A DNA stretch of 64,000 nucleotides, taken from Verrucomicrobiota bacterium. Lineage in GTDB: Bacteria; Verrucomicrobiota; Kiritimatiellia; UBA8416; JABMPJ01. The notes beneath the pieces were generated by a model. The model was not told the DNA's origin. It made no database searches and was given only the letters and a program-made list of their open reading frames with translations. Shown one piece after another: positions 20,288-30,131 of this stretch (positions within the stretch are counted from its first letter, which is position 1; each line of letters opens with the position of its first letter). The DNA is taken from the NCBI GenBank assembly GCA_018648805.1, contig JABGQM010000001.1, positions 101,896 through 165,895 of the forward strand. The letters run 5' to 3'. The translations under genes and the position numbers were made by a program.

Positions 20288-23200
20288 ATGAACCGATTCG
20301 TTGTGGTCCGCAAGCTTCCTTCACTCCTTCTCGCGCTCCTTTTTCTGGGCAGTGCGGCCACCATGGCAGGGGCCGCTAAGGCACCCGACCTGCTCGACCG
20401 CGATGATGTGATTGAAGCGGCCGAGGCGGTAACGGCCGAGGTGTATCCCAACGCCGACGATGTGGTGGTGGATGAGCATATCCATACGGTCTACCAGGCC
20501 GACGGGACCTACCAGACCTGGGATGATGAATACATCAAGGTGTTGACCGAGAAGGGCAAGCGCAACCACCAGATGCTATCGCGCCATTATACGCTACCGT
20601 ACGGGACGGTGGAGGTGACGGAGCTGGCGGTGATCAAGCCGGACGGCACGCTGATCGAGGTGGACGTGGCCGCCAACAGCCGGGTCATGGTGAATCCGGG
20701 TCAGATGAGCGCCAACATCTACAACCCCAACAGCAAGATTCTGCAGGTCAGTGTGCCGGGTCTCGAAATCGGCGACACGCTCCACATCCGCTCGTTCCGC
20801 GACACGGTCAAGGCGCGCGTGCCCGATACCTTCAGTGACTACAATGTCTTCGAGTATACCGCCCCGATCAAGCATATCGAGCTCGAGATTCACGGGCCCA
20901 AGGAACTGCCCCTGGTCAACATACAACTCTATGACGCCGTGACCAACTCGGTCACCTTTAGCGAGAAATCCAACCGCAAGGGCCACCACTACCGCTGGGA
21001 GGTACGCGACGTGCCGCGCATGTTTTCAGAGCCACGCATGCCGGCCCTGCACACCGTGGTGCAGCGCCTGCTGGTCAGCACCATCCCGGACTGGGAATCG
21101 ATCTCACGCTGGTACTGGGAGCTCAGTGCGCCGCACCTGGATGCGGTCACGCCCGGGATGAAGAGCAAGGTGGCCGAGTTGATCGACGGGGTCACCGAGC
21201 GCCAGGCGAAGATTGAGCGACTCTTCACCTTTGTGTCGCAGCAGATTCGCTACATGGGCATCACGACCGAGACGACCGCACCCGGCTACGAGCCGCACGA
21301 TGTGAACATCACATTCGACAATCGTTATGGGGTCTGCCGCGACAAGGCGGCGCTGCTGGTGGCCATGCTGCGCCTGGCCGACCTGCCTGCTTATCCGGTG
21401 CTGATCAATGCGGGGCCACGCAAGGATGAAGAGGTGCCGCAACCCTATTTCAACCATGCCGTGGTAGCGGTCGGGAACGAAGACGGCTCCTATATCCTGA
21501 TGGATCCGACCGACGAGAACACCACCGAACTGTTCCCGCCTTATCTCGGCCACATGAGCTACCTCGTGGCCCATCCCGAGGGGGAGGGGCTGCTCACCTC
21601 GCCGGTATTACCCGCCGCGGAGAACCTGCTCACGATTGATACGCAGGGCACATTGGACGGCCTCGGAAATATCGCCCTGACCAGCCGCCTGACATTCAAC
21701 GGCATCAACGACAATGCCTATCGCGGCCACTTCACGCGCCTCAAGCCGGAAGAGCGCCGCCAGTTCTTCGAAGGCCAGCTCAAGCAACGTGTGGCCGGGG
21801 CGACCTTGACCGCTCTTGAGATCACACCGGCCGATATGCAGAATACGTCCGAGCCGCTGGTGGTGCAGCTCGACTACAAGGCGGCCGACTACCCGATCGC
21901 GGGGGCGCGTCACAGCATGCTGGCGGTGCCGTGGCTGGGCAACGGCATGGGGTATGCTAATTTTCTGCTGGGCAGCACCGGTCTCGATAAACGCAAGTAC
22001 CCGCTCTACACACGTCTGACGGCCGGGGTTGAGGAGTCTTTCACGCTGACACTGGATCCGGCCATTGGCCGGCTGGCGGGAACCCCCGCCGCCGCGTCAC
22101 TCAGTTCGGACGGCCTGCGCTACACCCAATCGTTCGGGGTGGTCAGCAACCGGCTCAACGCCACGGCGGCCTTCATGGTGGACGCGGTGGAGTTCTTACC
22201 GGCGGCCTATCTCGAGCTTAAGCAGCTGCTCAAGGCACGTGAGTATGAGCAGCGCAAGCGGGTGGTGTTTGCCCATGCGGCGGACACCGAACGGGCCAAC
22301 GATGTGCGCATCCTCTCCGATGACATCGTGGTCGAGCTGACCGATGCCACACACTGGACCGAACGACGCTCGATTACGAAACAGGTATTGACCTATGCCG
22401 GCAAGAAGGACCATTCAGAGCTCAAACTCGGCTTCAACCCGGCCTGGGAGACGGTGCGCCTGGCATCGGCGCGTGTCGTGAATCCGGATGGCACGGTGCA
22501 CAAGGTGGTCGATGATGAGATGAACCTGATGGATGCACGCTGGGTCGGGAGTGCGCCGCGCTATCCTCCCGCACGCACTCTGGTGGTCAGCCTGCCCGGC
22601 GTCGAAGAGGGAAGCGTGATCTCCTACGACGTCATCCGTGAAGTCAGCGGCAAGCCCTTCTTCTCACTGAACAAGAGCTTCCAGGGCTTCGATCCGGTTG
22701 ATGCGGCCTCGGTCAGCGTCACGACCCCGACCAACCTGCCCCTGCGCATTACGGATCGAACCGGCACAGAGAGCTACACACGGTCACCACGCGGCACGAC
22801 GGTTCAGCACCGCTGGAGCCTGGGCCCGCAGGCCGCACTCAAGCCGGAGAAGCAGCTACCACCGAGCTGGGACTACCTGCCCTCCCTGCTCATCTCGGCA
22901 GGGAGTTGGGAATCCTACATGGATGCACTGACGACCGTCTTCGATGCTGCCATGACCAATCAACCCGCCTGCGAGAGCAAGGCCCGCGAGCTGACCGCAG
23001 GTGAGACAGATGCACGGGCACAGATCCGCCTGCTGCGTGACTTCGTCGCACGCAATATTCGCAGTGCGGGGCCGGGACTGGCCTCCCTGCCGCTGAGTGC
23101 GGTCACGGTCGCCGACACCACGCTGGCCGATGGGTATGGCAACACGACCGACCGTGCGATTGTGCTGGCCGCTATGCTTAAGGCGGTCGGCCTTGAGCCG

Positions 23201-24079
23201 GAGCTGGTCCTGACCTCCGCCTGGGCACCCGAACTCGAGCCGCTGACCCGTCCGCTCCTGCAGACCCCGCAGCGCGGCGCCTTCACACATGTGCTGGTCA
23301 AGGTGATGGACGGCCGACGACCGCTCTACCTCAATGAGACCGATCACTACGCGCAACTCGGCAGCACCCCGTTTGAGGGTCAGCCCGCTTTGGCGCTGGA
23401 TGGTAGCCTGTCGGTTATTGAGCCGCCGCGCGATATGACCGAGCGATCACGGGCCGATTACCTGCTTGAGCTGAGCGCCAATGGCGATGCCCAGCTCACG
23501 GCCACACGGACCTACTACGGCATGTCGTTCGGCGCCACGCGACGTCACTATGCCGAGCTGCCACCTGAAGAGCGGCGGCGTCACTTCATGGAGTTGGTCG
23601 CCGGCCTATCGCAAGCCGCCGTGCCACGCGGCGCGCTCGAGACCGACTTCGAAACCTACCCCGGCTTCCGCGCCTTCACGGTTGATATTCCGCGCTTTGG
23701 GGTACGCGACGGGAAGTATCTTTACGTCACGCTGCCGCACGGCGTGGGGGATGTGCTACAGCTCGCCACTGACTCCCGTGAGCAGGCCTTCTATCGCGGA
23801 GCGCCGCTACGCAGCACGGTGCGTTACGATGTGAAATTGCCGGCCAATACCAAGGCCGTACACCTCGTCCCGCCCGAGATCGACTGGGAGGGGCCCAACG
23901 ACTTCGGCACGCTCCGCTTCACCCGGCAGCCCGGCGAGGCGGCCAACCACCTCACCCTCCTGCAGGACGTGAACATCAAGCCGGCGGTCGTCCGGCCAGA
24001 GGCCTATCCCGTCCTGCTCAACCTGCACCAGCGCCTGCGCCACCCCTCGGCCAGGATGCTCCTGGTCGAGTTGGAGTAA
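20288..24079 (+). CDS. secreted tandem DUF3857/transglutaminase-like protein (two DUF3857 + transglutaminase-core units)
   Basis: Signal peptide; first unit has a Cys-His-Asp core (GVCRD … NHAVVAV … LMDPTD); second unit is colinear but Cys is replaced (GYGNTTD … FTHVLVKV … LNETD). Confidence 0.7.
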   Translation: MNRFVVVRKLPSLLLALLFLGSAATMAGAAKAPDLLDRDDVIEAAEAVTAEVYPNADDVVVDEHIHTVYQADGTYQTWDDEYIKVLTEKGKRNHQMLSRHYTLPYGTVEVTELAVIKPDGTLIEVDVAANSRVMVNPGQMSANIYNPNSKILQVSVPGLEIGDTLHIRSFRDTVKARVPDTFSDYNVFEYTAPIKHIELEIHGPKELPLVNIQLYDAVTNSVTFSEKSNRKGHHYRWEVRDVPRMFSEPRMPALHTVVQRLLVSTIPDWESISRWYWELSAPHLDAVTPGMKSKVAELIDGVTERQAKIERLFTFVSQQIRYMGITTETTAPGYEPHDVNITFDNRYGVCRDKAALLVAMLRLADLPAYPVLINAGPRKDEEVPQPYFNHAVVAVGNEDGSYILMDPTDENTTELFPPYLGHMSYLVAHPEGEGLLTSPVLPAAENLLTIDTQGTLDGLGNIALTSRLTFNGINDNAYRGHFTRLKPEERRQFFEGQLKQRVAGATLTALEITPADMQNTSEPLVVQLDYKAADYPIAGARHSMLAVPWLGNGMGYANFLLGSTGLDKRKYPLYTRLTAGVEESFTLTLDPAIGRLAGTPAAASLSSDGLRYTQSFGVVSNRLNATAAFMVDAVEFLPAAYLELKQLLKAREYEQRKRVVFAHAADTERANDVRILSDDIVVELTDATHWTERRSITKQVLTYAGKKDHSELKLGFNPAWETVRLASARVVNPDGTVHKVVDDEMNLMDARWVGSAPRYPPARTLVVSLPGVEEGSVISYDVIREVSGKPFFSLNKSFQGFDPVDAASVSVTTPTNLPLRITDRTGTESYTRSPRGTTVQHRWSLGPQAALKPEKQLPPSWDYLPSLLISAGSWESYMDALTTVFDAAMTNQPACESKARELTAGETDARAQIRLLRDFVARNIRSAGPGLASLPLSAVTVADTTLADGYGNTTDRAIVLAAMLKAVGLEPELVLTSAWAPELEPLTRPLLQTPQRGAFTHVLVKVMDGRRPLYLNETDHYAQLGSTPFEGQPALALDGSLSVIEPPRDMTERSRADYLLELSANGDAQLTATRTYYGMSFGATRRHYAELPPEERRRHFMELVAGLSQAAVPRGALETDFETYPGFRAFTVDIPRFGVRDGKYLYVTLPHGVGDVLQLATDSREQAFYRGAPLRSTVRYDVKLPANTKAVHLVPPEIDWEGPNDFGTLRFTRQPGEAANHLTLLQDVNIKPAVVRPEAYPVLLNLHQRLRHPSARMLLVELE

Positions 24080-24106
24080 CTCGTATAACTGACTGGAGTG
24101 TGACCC

Positions 24107-25270
24107 ATGAGAGATGACCTGAAGCTTGGTATTATCGGTGCATGGGGACGTGGCATGGTCGGGCGCCACGGACATAAGCCTGGCGAAGGATCCCGCATTA
24201 CCATGTGCTGCGACATAAGGGAGAAAGCGATCGATCGCTGTAGAGAGCTGTGTGGACCCGATGTGGGATTCACAACGGATTACAGGGAGATGCTTGCCTC
24301 TGATGTTGATGCCGTTTTCATCGGTACCCCCGACTACCTGCATGAGGAGCAAGCAATCGCTGCGCTCGAAGCGGGTAAGGCCGTCTATCTGGAGAAGCCT
24401 ATGGCCATCACGATCGAAGGATGTGACCGCATCCTGGCGACGGCCATGAAGACAGGCACCAAGCTCTATCTCGGGCACAACATGCGACACTTCGAGTCGA
24501 TCCTGACCATGAAGAAGATTATCGACAGTGGAACCATCGGCGCGATTCAGGCGGTATGGTGCCGCCACTTTATAGCCTATGGCGGCGATGCCTATTTCAA
24601 GGACTGGCATTCCGAACAGCAGTATGCCACCGGGCTCCTTCTGCAAAAGGGCGCGCACGACATCGATGTGATCCACTGGCTGGCCGGCGGCTATACAGAG
24701 CGGGTAACCGGGATGGGCAAACTCTCCGTATACGACAAATGCAAACGCCGCAGCGCTGACCAGAGGGGTGACGCGACCTTCCATGCCGAGAACTGGCCAC
24801 CACTGACGCAGACAGATATGTCGCCCGTCATTGATGTAGAGGATCACAGCATGATCCTTATGCAGCTGGATAATGGTGTGCAGGCTTCATACATGCAGTG
24901 CCACTACGCCCCCGATAGCGTCCGCAACTACACGTTCATCGGCACCAAAGGACGCATTGAGAATGTTGGGGACAGCGGTGCATGTCAGGTGGCCGTATAC
25001 ACGACGCGCACGGACGGAAATGCGGCTCTGCCGGACATTGCCTACAATCATAAACCCCAATCAGGCGGACATGGGGGGTCAGACCCCGCCATTGTGCAGG
25101 AATTCGTTGAGTACGTGCGCGACGGGAAGAAGGCTACCACCTCACCCGTGGCGGCCCGCTATGCCGTCGCCTGCGGATGCTGCGGCACTGACTCGCTACG
25201 ATCAGGGTCAGCCCCTCGCGACATCCCGCCTCTCGATCCGGAGATTGTCGCCTATTTCGAGAACAACTGA
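24107..25270 (+). CDS. Gfo/Idh/MocA family oxidoreductase
   Basis: N-terminal Rossmann fold, EKP motif (YLEKPMA), C-terminal alpha/beta domain. Confidence 0.8.
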   Translation: MRDDLKLGIIGAWGRGMVGRHGHKPGEGSRITMCCDIREKAIDRCRELCGPDVGFTTDYREMLASDVDAVFIGTPDYLHEEQAIAALEAGKAVYLEKPMAITIEGCDRILATAMKTGTKLYLGHNMRHFESILTMKKIIDSGTIGAIQAVWCRHFIAYGGDAYFKDWHSEQQYATGLLLQKGAHDIDVIHWLAGGYTERVTGMGKLSVYDKCKRRSADQRGDATFHAENWPPLTQTDMSPVIDVEDHSMILMQLDNGVQASYMQCHYAPDSVRNYTFIGTKGRIENVGDSGACQVAVYTTRTDGNAALPDIAYNHKPQSGGHGGSDPAIVQEFVEYVRDGKKATTSPVAARYAVACGCCGTDSLRSGSAPRDIPPLDPEIVAYFENN

Positions 25271-25382
25271 GCACCACCACAGAATGACAGGACGAAAGCG
25301 ATAGAGAAACATCCAGTATGTTTAGACCGGCTGAATTGATGCATCATCAGATCCGCGGCGGCAGTTGCCGGGGAGACCAACG

Positions 25383-26234
25383 ATGAGGATATCTACGAGA
25401 GCAACATGGGCCTGTATGCTGGCGCTGGTATGTGGGGTGAACGCAGCGGAGAAGAGTGTGCCTGATAGAACATTGACCTACAAGAAGAGCGGCGCGGTGG
25501 AACTGAAGCTTCATGTTTTCAGCCCTGAAGACCACAAGGCGTCCGATCGGCGACCGGCCATCGTATTCTTTTTCGGAGGAGGCTGGCATAGCGGAACCCC
25601 GAGCCAGTTCTATGAGCACTGCACCTATTTGGCCTCCCGCGGCATGGTGGCCATGTCCGCTGAGTACCGCGTGAAATCCCGCAATAAGACGACACCACGC
25701 GAGTGCGTCATGGACGGGAAGTCGGCGGTCAGATGGATCCGGAACCATGCCGAGGAACTTGGTATTGATCCGAAACGGGTTGCGGCAGGTGGCGGATCAG
25801 CCGGGGGACACGTGGCGGCGGCCACAGGCACCACCAAGGGGTTTGAGGAGGAGGGGGAAGACCTGACTGTCAGCTCTCGCCCCAACGCCCTGGTCCTGTT
25901 CAATCCTGTCTACGACAACGGACCCGGTGGATTCGGCCACGCGCGTGTCGCGGGGTACTGGAAGGATTTCTCTCCGATGCACAATATCAGCAAGGAGACC
26001 CCTCCGACCGTCGTTTGCCTCGGCACCAAAGATAATCTCATACCCGTGAAGACGGCCAGGGAATACAAGCGCCTTATGGAGGCAGAGGGCCGGCGTTGTG
26101 ACCTGCACCTGCATGAGGGGCAGCCTCACGGGTTCTTCAATTACAGCCAACGAGAGAACTACACCAAGACCGTGATCGAAATGGATCGCTTCCTCGCTTC
26201 ACTGGGATATCTAAAAGGTGAGCCCACATTGTAG
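25383..26234 (+). CDS. secreted alpha/beta-hydrolase (esterase/lipase; carbohydrate-esterase-like)
   Basis: Signal peptide; HGGG oxyanion motif (FFFGGGWH), nucleophile elbow GGSAGG, C-terminal His in HGF. Confidence 0.75.
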   Translation: MRISTRATWACMLALVCGVNAAEKSVPDRTLTYKKSGAVELKLHVFSPEDHKASDRRPAIVFFFGGGWHSGTPSQFYEHCTYLASRGMVAMSAEYRVKSRNKTTPRECVMDGKSAVRWIRNHAEELGIDPKRVAAGGGSAGGHVAAATGTTKGFEEEGEDLTVSSRPNALVLFNPVYDNGPGGFGHARVAGYWKDFSPMHNISKETPPTVVCLGTKDNLIPVKTAREYKRLMEAEGRRCDLHLHEGQPHGFFNYSQRENYTKTVIEMDRFLASLGYLKGEPTL

Positions 26235-26307
26235 AACAATGTGCACCACCACGCCGGCTGGCGGGTCATGATGGAGGGGCGGGGTCATTTCGATACAGGA
26301 GGATGCT

Positions 26308-26718
26308 ATGAAGCCTTGTAGAGAGTGCCAACACGAGATATCAGAGCAGGCCATGGCGTGCCCGAAGTGCGGGGCGCCTTTTCCGGCCAAGGAGCAATGG
26401 GATGGATGGGGCTTCGAGTACAAGTCCAAGGTGATGGTCTGCGGCTTGCCCTGGCTGCACATCTCATTCAAATACAGGCCCAACCGTCGGCCGGTTCCGG
26501 CCCGGGGCGTCATCGCCATCGGGCAGTTCGCCTGCGGTATCATTACGATTTCCCAATTCGGCATTGGTGTGCTCAGTGTGAGTCAGTTCACGATCGCCGG
26601 CTATGCCGTGGCGCAGTTCGCCCTGGCCTATTCGCTCATTGCGCAGATGGGAATCTATATTCACGAAGGCCACGGACAACTGGTTAAATCCGTGACGGAA
26701 TTGCTGGAAATGCTCTGA
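26308..26718 (+). CDS. hypothetical zinc-ribbon protein with hydrophobic C-terminal repeats
   Basis: CxxC…CxxC (CRECQ…CPKCG) followed by repeated GxxxxQF hydrophobic segments. Confidence 0.5.
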   Translation: MKPCRECQHEISEQAMACPKCGAPFPAKEQWDGWGFEYKSKVMVCGLPWLHISFKYRPNRRPVPARGVIAIGQFACGIITISQFGIGVLSVSQFTIAGYAVAQFALAYSLIAQMGIYIHEGHGQLVKSVTELLEML

Positions 26719-26824
26719 GGACAGCCTAGGATATGCGCCGGTGATTAGAAACCGCATCGCATATTCTAATAGCCGCCATGGCCCCGTGTCTCATAGCATC
26801 GACCCCAACAGATAAGGAGGCGGC

Positions 26825-27361
26825 ATGCGCATATGGATTATACTCTTGGTGACGATGGTTCTCGTAGCGGCTACAAGCTTCGCAGAGGTGTTCGTCTTGA
26901 ACAACGGCGAGGAAGTCGAGGGCACCATCGCCCGGACAAGTGCCGACGGGCGGGTCACCATCAAGATGAAGTCGGGCGTTCGTACGTACCGTGTTACGGA
27001 GTTTGCAGAGGCAACCAGGGCGAAGCACTTCGCGGACCTGAAGGTCACGATGCCGAAGCAGAGGCGGAACGTCCGGACGTCCAGTGCAAAGGTCGCTGGC
27101 GCGTCGCTGGCTGACCCTTCCGAACAAAAGCAGCTGGCCGGCCTGATCATTGCCGGCATTGTGCTGATCTGTATAGGCGGGTTGTGGATGACCATTGCCG
27201 CCTTCGCCGAATCGCCGATCTGGGGAATCGCATTCCTGCTCTCGGGAGGGGTTGCTGAACTGGCCTTCATGGTCCTACATTGGGATCGGGCCAAGGGCCC
27301 CATCGCTACGCAGGTGCTGGGAATAGGTCTTTTAATAGCAGGCGTTGTCCTTGCAAGCTAG
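26825..27361 (+). CDS. hypothetical membrane protein
   Basis: N-terminal signal/TM segment and two C-terminal TM helices; no recognisable domain. Confidence 0.45.
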   Translation: MRIWIILLVTMVLVAATSFAEVFVLNNGEEVEGTIARTSADGRVTIKMKSGVRTYRVTEFAEATRAKHFADLKVTMPKQRRNVRTSSAKVAGASLADPSEQKQLAGLIIAGIVLICIGGLWMTIAAFAESPIWGIAFLLSGGVAELAFMVLHWDRAKGPIATQVLGIGLLIAGVVLAS

Positions 27362-27384
27362 CTGCAGCAGAAAGGAGTAGCCGC

Positions 27385-28185
27385 ATGATCGTATTCGGAT
27401 CGCGAATGTATGGCCGCAAGCATCTCGTGAAGGGGTGGGGCTATTGCGAGGCCTGCGCCACCTATGGCAAGCACATCAGCTACACGGGGCGTAAATGGGG
27501 CCATCTGTATTTTATTCCGTTGATTCCTCTGGGGTCCCGCATGCGTGTCATGAAGCAGTGCAAGAGCTGCTCCAACGGGGTCCATATCCCGGAGAAGGAC
27601 GTCCCGACGACCTTGAACGAGTTGCGCCAGCGTACAGACCGTGCATTGGCGGCACTCATTGCGGGGCAGAAGGAGTTTGATGACAATGGAACCATGATGC
27701 CCTGCTCGGCGTCGCTGGTAGGGGCGATCGAGTTGCTCTATTGCATGTCTGCGCAGGACTACGTTCGACTGGTTCTGGCCGCGCTGGAAGAGAAGGGGCT
27801 CACCTACACGTATCACCTGGTTAGAGGTGAGGCGGTGGAGTTTGAGGGAAAGCCCGGCGAAGCCGCCGGCGCCTATAAGCTGGCGGCAGACTGTGAGCCC
27901 ACCGAGACGCTGCCTCTGATGGCCCTGGGGGCAGTTCATCTCAACGGAGGTGACCTCGAAGATGCGCGGGCTGTCTATGAGAAAGCCCTGGAGCTGTCGG
28001 ACGACAAGTTTGGGGTCTTGCGGGTACTTTTGAAGGTCTATGGTGCCCTCAAGGATCACGCGAAGTTGGCTGAGACCTATGAGGCGTGCTTCACGCTCGT
28101 GCCCGAACTGGCCCAGGACAAGAAGAGCGTCAAGGCATACAAAAAGGCCTGCAAGAAGGCGGGCAAACAACCGGCGCTGAAATAG
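27385..28185 (+). CDS. hypothetical zinc-ribbon + TPR-like helical protein
   Basis: CEAC…CKSC zinc ribbon; helical C-terminal repeats; RBS AAAGGAG before the 27385 ATG. Confidence 0.5.
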   Translation: MIVFGSRMYGRKHLVKGWGYCEACATYGKHISYTGRKWGHLYFIPLIPLGSRMRVMKQCKSCSNGVHIPEKDVPTTLNELRQRTDRALAALIAGQKEFDDNGTMMPCSASLVGAIELLYCMSAQDYVRLVLAALEEKGLTYTYHLVRGEAVEFEGKPGEAAGAYKLAADCEPTETLPLMALGAVHLNGGDLEDARAVYEKALELSDDKFGVLRVLLKVYGALKDHAKLAETYEACFTLVPELAQDKKSVKAYKKACKKAGKQPALK

Positions 28186-28205
28186 GTGTGGTGAATGGTT
28201 GCGGC

Positions 28206-28793
28206 ATGTCGCAGGTGACTATGAAGCAAACGCTCAAACTGTTGGCCCCGTACCTGGCCGTTGCTGTGTTCTGGTGTGGGCTATCCAACGCGTGGCTTGC
28301 CATTCTTGCCTATCATGCTCAAATCCTATTCTGGTCGCGCCGTGACCTCACTACGCTCGGGAGAGGTTGCAAGAGACGTATCATGCTGCTGGCTCTACCT
28401 GCCGCGCTGGGGGGGCCGCTACTCTACGTTCTGTTGCCGTTCATCACGCACACGGAGCTCGCGGAGTGGTTAAGCAACCACCACCTCACCGGGTGGTCCT
28501 TCATGCTCATGATTCCCTACTTTGGTCTGCTTCATCCGTTGCTTGAGCAGGTTCACTGGGCGTCACTGCGGGAGCAGACCCCGTTGGCACATCCCCTGTT
28601 CGCGGGCTATCACCTGCTGGTACTTTACTCCCTTCTGACCGGGCCCTGGCTGATCGTGTGCTTTGCTGTTCTGACGACGGCCTCTCTCCTGTGGCAACAG
28701 ATGGCGCGACGGTCCAACAGTTTGGCCGTGCCGGTGGTGTCACACAGTCTGGCGGATCTCGGCATCATCATGGCGGCCTGGATGAGCCTATGA
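28206..28793 (+). CDS. CPBP-family intramembrane metalloprotease (CAAX protease/Abi-like)
   Basis: Multi-TM; motifs resembling EExxxR (LEQVHWASLRE), FxxxH (FAGYH) and HxxxD (HSLAD). Confidence 0.55.
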   Translation: MSQVTMKQTLKLLAPYLAVAVFWCGLSNAWLAILAYHAQILFWSRRDLTTLGRGCKRRIMLLALPAALGGPLLYVLLPFITHTELAEWLSNHHLTGWSFMLMIPYFGLLHPLLEQVHWASLREQTPLAHPLFAGYHLLVLYSLLTGPWLIVCFAVLTTASLLWQQMARRSNSLAVPVVSHSLADLGIIMAAWMSL

Positions 28794-28888
28794 AGAGTGG
28801 CGGCCCGCTCGCCGCTGGACCGCGTTCCGTTCCGTTGGTAGAGTCACGAACAGAGAGTCACGAACACTATGATCGATAGGGGGGAACC

Positions 28889-30067
28889 GTGAAGAGCATT
28901 ACAGGCTGGCGCGTCTATGTTTTGATGTTTGCAGGTATGGCACTTGTGGGGTGCGCCTCCATGAGTAGCGACATGTACTCTATGCGTGACGCGTCCATGC
29001 CCTTTGGCGCGGAGATGCTCGCCGACGCCGCTCCTTCGGACAGTGCGGCGGACTCTGAGGCCGCGTCGGAGCGGCACACCATGGCGGCTGATCTCGCGAC
29101 GCCTAAAGACCGGCTCGTGATCTATTACGGCTCGGTGGCACTGCTGGTGGAAAGCATCGCCGAACAGATGGATCGGATGCTCGTGCTTGTCAAAGAAGCG
29201 GGCGGCTACATGCAGTCGCTGAACGACAAGGTGGTTGTCGTGAAGATCCCCGCCGCACAGTTCGGTGATGTTGTGGCGCGGATCGAGCGTTTGGGAGAGG
29301 TGACTCATAAGAACATTGTGGGCGAAGATGTTACCGATCAGATGCGTGATTTTCAGATCCGGCTCAAGAATGCCGAACAGATCCGCGATCGACTCGCCGC
29401 CTTGTTGGATCGCGCCGAGAAGGTTGAAGATGCGCTGAAGATCGAACGTGAGCTGGGGCGTGTTACCGAGGGCATCGAGCTGCTCAAGGGGCAGATCCAG
29501 ATGATCGCGAACCGCATCGCGTTTTCCACGCTGACTGTGACTTTCAATTCGCCGCTGCCGCAACAGACCGTCAAGCAGGAGATTCCCTTCCCCTGGGTTT
29601 TGCAGCTGGGCGGCGACATGGTAACCGGTAGCCGAGGCCGGAGCCGCTACCACAGCGCGAAGAGCCGACGACGTGTGAAGTTCGATCTGCCGGAATCTTT
29701 TGCTAAGTATGAGGAGGATCACTACCGGACCCGCGCCATGTCGGCAGACGGGGTCTTTCTGAAGGTGGAGCGTCACGACAATGTGGAAGGTGGTGACCTC
29801 ACCTTCTGGACCACCTTTATCAAGCGGGCTCTTGCCGCGCGCCGCGCCTTGCGGGTGACCGATGCCGCCGACATAGAGATCCATGGCGGCAAGGCTGGTG
29901 TGATGCTATCGGCCGCGAAAGAGATCGGCGCCAAGCCACACCGCTATCTCGTAGCCGTCACGCAGACAGACAAGTATGTCGTGACCTATGAAGCCTGGGG
30001 TCCCGCCGAAGCCTTCAAGAACGCTGAAACGGCCATCAGGAAATCTGTTATGACCGTAAGGCTATAA
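28889..30067 (+). CDS. lipoprotein with a central coiled-coil (DUF4349-like)
   Basis: Lipobox LVGCAS; coiled-coil region; DUF4349 assignment by memory. Confidence 0.45.
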   Translation: MKSITGWRVYVLMFAGMALVGCASMSSDMYSMRDASMPFGAEMLADAAPSDSAADSEAASERHTMAADLATPKDRLVIYYGSVALLVESIAEQMDRMLVLVKEAGGYMQSLNDKVVVVKIPAAQFGDVVARIERLGEVTHKNIVGEDVTDQMRDFQIRLKNAEQIRDRLAALLDRAEKVEDALKIERELGRVTEGIELLKGQIQMIANRIAFSTLTVTFNSPLPQQTVKQEIPFPWVLQLGGDMVTGSRGRSRYHSAKSRRRVKFDLPESFAKYEEDHYRTRAMSADGVFLKVERHDNVEGGDLTFWTTFIKRALAARRALRVTDAADIEIHGGKAGVMLSAAKEIGAKPHRYLVAVTQTDKYVVTYEAWGPAEAFKNAETAIRKSVMTVRL

Positions 30068-30131
30068 CGGAAGGGGAAACAGATAGCCAATAGGATGCAC
30101 GCGCGTGTGGTGTCACGTAACGGGGCTGAAT

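Noticed and set aside
23807-24847. 346-aa minus-strand ORF
   Set aside because: Antisense to the 3' end of the transglutaminase-like gene and to the Gfo/Idh/MocA gene; no motifs.
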